A DNA stretch of 64,000 nucleotides from a virus, in IMG/VR virus record IMGVR_UViG_3300010160_000025, positions 1 through 64,000 of that record. One strand, written 5' to 3'. The position numbers were made by a program, and so were the translations under genes. Positions 61,016 through 64,000 of the stretch are shown here, piece by piece. Each line of letters begins with the position of its first letter. Position 1 is the stretch's first letter. The notes beneath the pieces are model-generated. The model did no database searches. It had not been told where the DNA came from and saw only the letters and a list, made by a program, of their open reading frames with translations.

Positions 61016-61471
61016 CTAGTTTACTAAGTTAAAGGCTAGGCTTATTCTGTTTTCACTAGATTTGTTGGCTAGTACTCTGTGCTCAGTACCGCTAGGGAAT
61101 ATTAACAACAAGCCTGTATAAGGAGTTATAGCTGATACTTGATTGTTTATTTTAAACTCTATATCTCCGCAGTTCTCGGATGTTTGTAAGTATAATACAC
61201 CTACAGTTGTTGCTGTTCCGTGACTATGCCATCTATGATGCCCACCTGTGGGATTAACATTAAACCAAAATTTATGTACTGGCTTAGATGCAGTCATTGC
61301 AGTGAGACAAGCTGTTACTGTAGATTCTGCCCAGTCTAATTCTTTAAAGTTTCCGTATTGTTTTGACTGCCAACCCGATATATTGCTTCTATTATCTGAA
61401 GGATATTTAGATTGCAGTTTATAGATTTGATCTATAATGTCAGGAACGGCTAACGTGTATTGCTGTATCAT
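61016..61471 (-). CDS. 2OG-Fe(II) oxygenase, TIGR02466-like (HxH), isolated beside capsid gene
   Basis: SNISGWQS, WFNVN, WHSH, VGVLYL, FPSGTEHRV, RISLAFN. Confidence 0.82.
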   Translation of the reverse strand: MIQQYTLAVPDIIDQIYKLQSKYPSDNRSNISGWQSKQYGNFKELDWAESTVTACLTAMTASKPVHKFWFNVNPTGGHHRWHSHGTATTVGVLYLQTSENCGDIEFKINNQVSAITPYTGLLLIFPSGTEHRVLANKSSENRISLAFNLVN

Positions 61472-61480
61472 CAAGTATTT

Positions 61481-61517
61481 AAGTCAAGAAAAAGCCCACC
61501 GAAGTGGGCTTTGACTT
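61481..61517 (-). terminator. Intrinsic terminator after major capsid gene, UUCG tetraloop
   Basis: Minus strand AAAGCCCAC-TTCG-GTGGGCTTTTTCTT. Confidence 0.9.
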
Positions 61518-61534
61518 TATTACTAAGTCAGTGA

Positions 61535-62707
61535 TTAACTGAACTTTAGTTCACCGCTAGTTACTTGAACAGTACCTAGGTAGTCGGCAGCGTTACCTAA
61601 AGATGACGCTGTGTTTGTTAACTCTACATAACCATAACGTGTCATGAATGATACGACTGGTTCGAAAGTTGACGGATCTAAAACAACACCACTGCTCATC
61701 AATGGAATGTATGGGCAATAGAAAGCGGCTGCGTCAGATTCGCTAGAACCTTTGTAACCGATTAGAATGTCGTCTGTACCTGCATAGGTATTAACATAGA
61801 TCTTCATAGCACTATTCAATGTACCAACCATCTTTGTGTTAGTTGGAGCTTCGAATGTACCTTCTGTTGTACGAGCAAATGCGCTAGTAGTTGCAGACTG
61901 TAGAACAGTCAACATTGTTGGGCTAACAACTGCCCAGTTACCAGCACCACGACGTGTACGCTGAGCAATACGGTTAGCAACACGGTTGATTTGAACTGCC
62001 AAAGCGGCGTGTTCGTCACCAACGAATGTAGCTGTACCAGATACATTGCTCTGATCATACGTTTCGTAGTTTTGTGTACCAGCTAATGATGCTAGAGATG
62101 CTAGGATCTCTTGATCGATTTCAGCTGTGATTTCTTGTGCTAGTGCAGCCATGATTTCTGCTTCGATGTCAATGCCTTGTTGGGCTTGTGCATCTTGAGC
62201 AGCCTCGAATGTCCAACGAGCAGACAACTTACGAGTTTTGGCTTCAACTGTTTGCTTCAAGATTTGAATGCTTAGTTTGTTACCTGCTACGCCTTCTAGA
62301 GCGGCTGTTGAGGCAGCACGTCCTGAAGTAGCACCAGAGTAGCTTTCAGCAATCTTGAATGGTGATAGAGCTTCTTCACCAGCTACTGCACCAGATGTTC
62401 CTGCATTGTATGTATCGCTGTAGCGAACACGTAATGTATGGATTTGTCCAACTGGTCCAGTCATTGGTTGTACACCAACTAGTTCATTAGCAATGACTGT
62501 TGGCATTACACGTCTGATCACTGGAAGGATCACACGATTTAGGGTTGCAACGTTACCGGCAGAAGTGGCACCAGCTGTAGCAGATTCTGACAAGTACTTA
62601 CGAGTATTCTCTAAAGTAGTAGCCATTACGCTCTTTTTGGTTCCTTGAAGGCCTTCTAATAGTGCCTCTTTAGTTTCTTGCCAGCGGCTTTCTAGTAGTT
62701 CTGACAT
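61535..62707 (-). CDS. gp23: Major capsid protein, T4 gp23 family
   Basis: RRVMP..IANELVGVQPMTGPVG, VEAKTRKLSARWTFEAAQD, AEIDQE, FYCPYIPL, DPSTFEPVVSFMTRYG. Confidence 0.95.
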   Translation of the reverse strand: MSELLESRWQETKEALLEGLQGTKKSVMATTLENTRKYLSESATAGATSAGNVATLNRVILPVIRRVMPTVIANELVGVQPMTGPVGQIHTLRVRYSDTYNAGTSGAVAGEEALSPFKIAESYSGATSGRAASTAALEGVAGNKLSIQILKQTVEAKTRKLSARWTFEAAQDAQAQQGIDIEAEIMAALAQEITAEIDQEILASLASLAGTQNYETYDQSNVSGTATFVGDEHAALAVQINRVANRIAQRTRRGAGNWAVVSPTMLTVLQSATTSAFARTTEGTFEAPTNTKMVGTLNSAMKIYVNTYAGTDDILIGYKGSSESDAAAFYCPYIPLMSSGVVLDPSTFEPVVSFMTRYGYVELTNTASSLGNAADYLGTVQVTSGELKFS

Positions 62708-62717
62708 AAATTTCTCC

Positions 62718-63809
62718 TTATTTTAATCCAGCTAGGCGACGAATGTCTATTACTTCGCCCTGGCTTTTAGCACTACTAATGCTATGATTTTCTTTATTGC
62801 CTGTGATTTCTTTTGCCTCTACAAGAGCCTTCTTCTTCTCCGGTGTGCTACCGCTGAGTACAGCAGGTAGATATTTGTCAAAACTAGTTCTTAGCTTGGC
62901 AGTTTGCACACTTTCTAGTAACTCACTCATAATCTCTTTCTGATCCTTGTTCAAAGGATTTAGAAGCTCACTCATTACTTCTTTACGAGCCGCAGTAGCT
63001 TGAGCACGAGCAACTTGTTGCTGTGTACTTTCTACTAATGCTTGTTTTTCGGAAATAGCTTGTGTTGCTTCAGCGAGTTGTTTATCTTTTTCTGCAACTA
63101 CTTTCAATAGCTTGCTTGTCTCAGATTTCTCATTTAACAAACTGTGCTGGAATTCAGTAGCATATGCTTCAAAAATCTTACGTCCAAAGTCGTTCTTACG
63201 TGCTTGATCAATGTCTTCTTTAAGTTGTCCGATCTCTTTTGTAAGACCTTTTGTGACAACTGATTCAACAAGCTCAGCACTTTGTTTAACAAACTTGGTT
63301 TTTAATAAACCAAATTGTTCTTTAGCTTCTTTAATGAGACGTACCTTAGTCTCAGCTAAATCTTTCTTATCTTCATAGAAATCAGCGATTTCTTTAGCTA
63401 GAGCTTCTACAATGAAACCTTCCAACTTGGCAAAATTTTCAGCCATAACTTTTTGGTCACTATGTAATTCAGTGATTTCTTTAGCTAGACTATTAAGAAC
63501 AAATCCATTTAGTTTTGTTGAATGTTCACGGATTGCAACAGCATACTTGGCTTTCGCTTCTGCTAGCTGTGCGCGATCTTCTGTGAATTCTTGGATTTCA
63601 GCAGTTAAACGATCAGTAACCATCTTGTCGATAGCTTCGATCATTGTTTGCTTGTCATGTTCGTATTTTTGTGCGAATTCTTCGCGTAGTTGTTGTGTTG
63701 CTTGTTCACGGTTCTCTTGGATCTTTCTATCCCAAGCAGACGTGATGTCAGCTCTGATCTCTTCAGAAATCACATTGTTCTCGAATAATTGTTTAAGTGC
63801 GTCCAACAT
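62718..63809 (-). CDS. gp22: Prohead core scaffold protein, T4 gp22-like
   Basis: Glu/Lys-rich coiled coil between protease and MCP; FGRKIFEAYA, C-terminal RRLAGL. Confidence 0.8.
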   Translation of the reverse strand: MLDALKQLFENNVISEEIRADITSAWDRKIQENREQATQQLREEFAQKYEHDKQTMIEAIDKMVTDRLTAEIQEFTEDRAQLAEAKAKYAVAIREHSTKLNGFVLNSLAKEITELHSDQKVMAENFAKLEGFIVEALAKEIADFYEDKKDLAETKVRLIKEAKEQFGLLKTKFVKQSAELVESVVTKGLTKEIGQLKEDIDQARKNDFGRKIFEAYATEFQHSLLNEKSETSKLLKVVAEKDKQLAEATQAISEKQALVESTQQQVARAQATAARKEVMSELLNPLNKDQKEIMSELLESVQTAKLRTSFDKYLPAVLSGSTPEKKKALVEAKEITGNKENHSISSAKSQGEVIDIRRLAGLK

Positions 63810-63825
63810 ATGTGATTCTCCCTTG

Positions 63826-63999
63826 TTATTGGAGTCCGCCTATTATTTTCAATAGACTTTCTTTCAGGTATTTCTGTGCCTTTGCGTCGCCTGATACTTC
63901 TTGTGCTGTTAAAAATGCCTTATAGCCTCCACGAGTATTCATGATATGCTCATAAATGGGCGTTGGATACGCACCTGGGGCTGATGGTTGAGCTACCAC
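63826..63999 (-). CDS. gp21: Prohead protease gp21, C-terminal part (runs off window)
   Basis: Hand translation VVAQPSAPGAYPTPIYEHIMN...GGLQ*; VA.PSAP.A motif and position before scaffold. Confidence 0.8.
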   Translation of the reverse strand: MVAQPSAPGAYPTPIYEHIMNTRGGYKAFLTAQEVSGDAKAQKYLKESLLKIIGGLQ

Positions 64000-64000
64000 A

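Overview
This is a 64 kb segment of a large lytic T4-like (Tevenvirinae/Kyanoviridae-style) bacteriophage genome, almost fully coding. The right part (26-64 kb, minus strand) is a late structural region. It holds the prohead protease gp21 (partial), scaffold gp22 and major capsid gp23. These are followed by paralogous virion/fibre proteins, including two giants of 3454 and 3109 aa, an S74-chaperone fibre and three tandem glycine-rich adhesin-like proteins. The left part (1-7 kb) holds a >1360 aa repeat-rich fibre that the ORF track missed, plus gp14-like and gp15-like neck/tail-completion genes. Between them lies an ~19 kb enzyme island (7.0-26.1 kb). It encodes 4 flavin-dependent tryptophan-halogenase-family enzymes, 11 2OG-Fe(II) oxygenase-fold proteins (one apparently catalytically dead), 3 related Cys-containing proteins of unknown function, a SAM methyltransferase, a Nudix hydrolase, a complete GroES/GroEL pair and a tail-fibre assembly chaperone. 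A 12th oxygenase sits next to the capsid gene. Almost every transcription unit, including those in the island, starts at a T4-late-type NATAA(A/G)TA motif. The best candidate for an undescribed system (inference) is a late-expressed, RiPP-like machinery that folds and chemically decorates the phage's own glycine-rich adhesins by halogenation, hydroxylation and methylation. Other observations are two structured 5' leaders, probable leaderless late mRNAs and modular rules of fibre construction. I saw no tRNA, rRNA, CRISPR array, integrase or reverse transcriptase. Family assignments come from motif recognition only; no database search was run.
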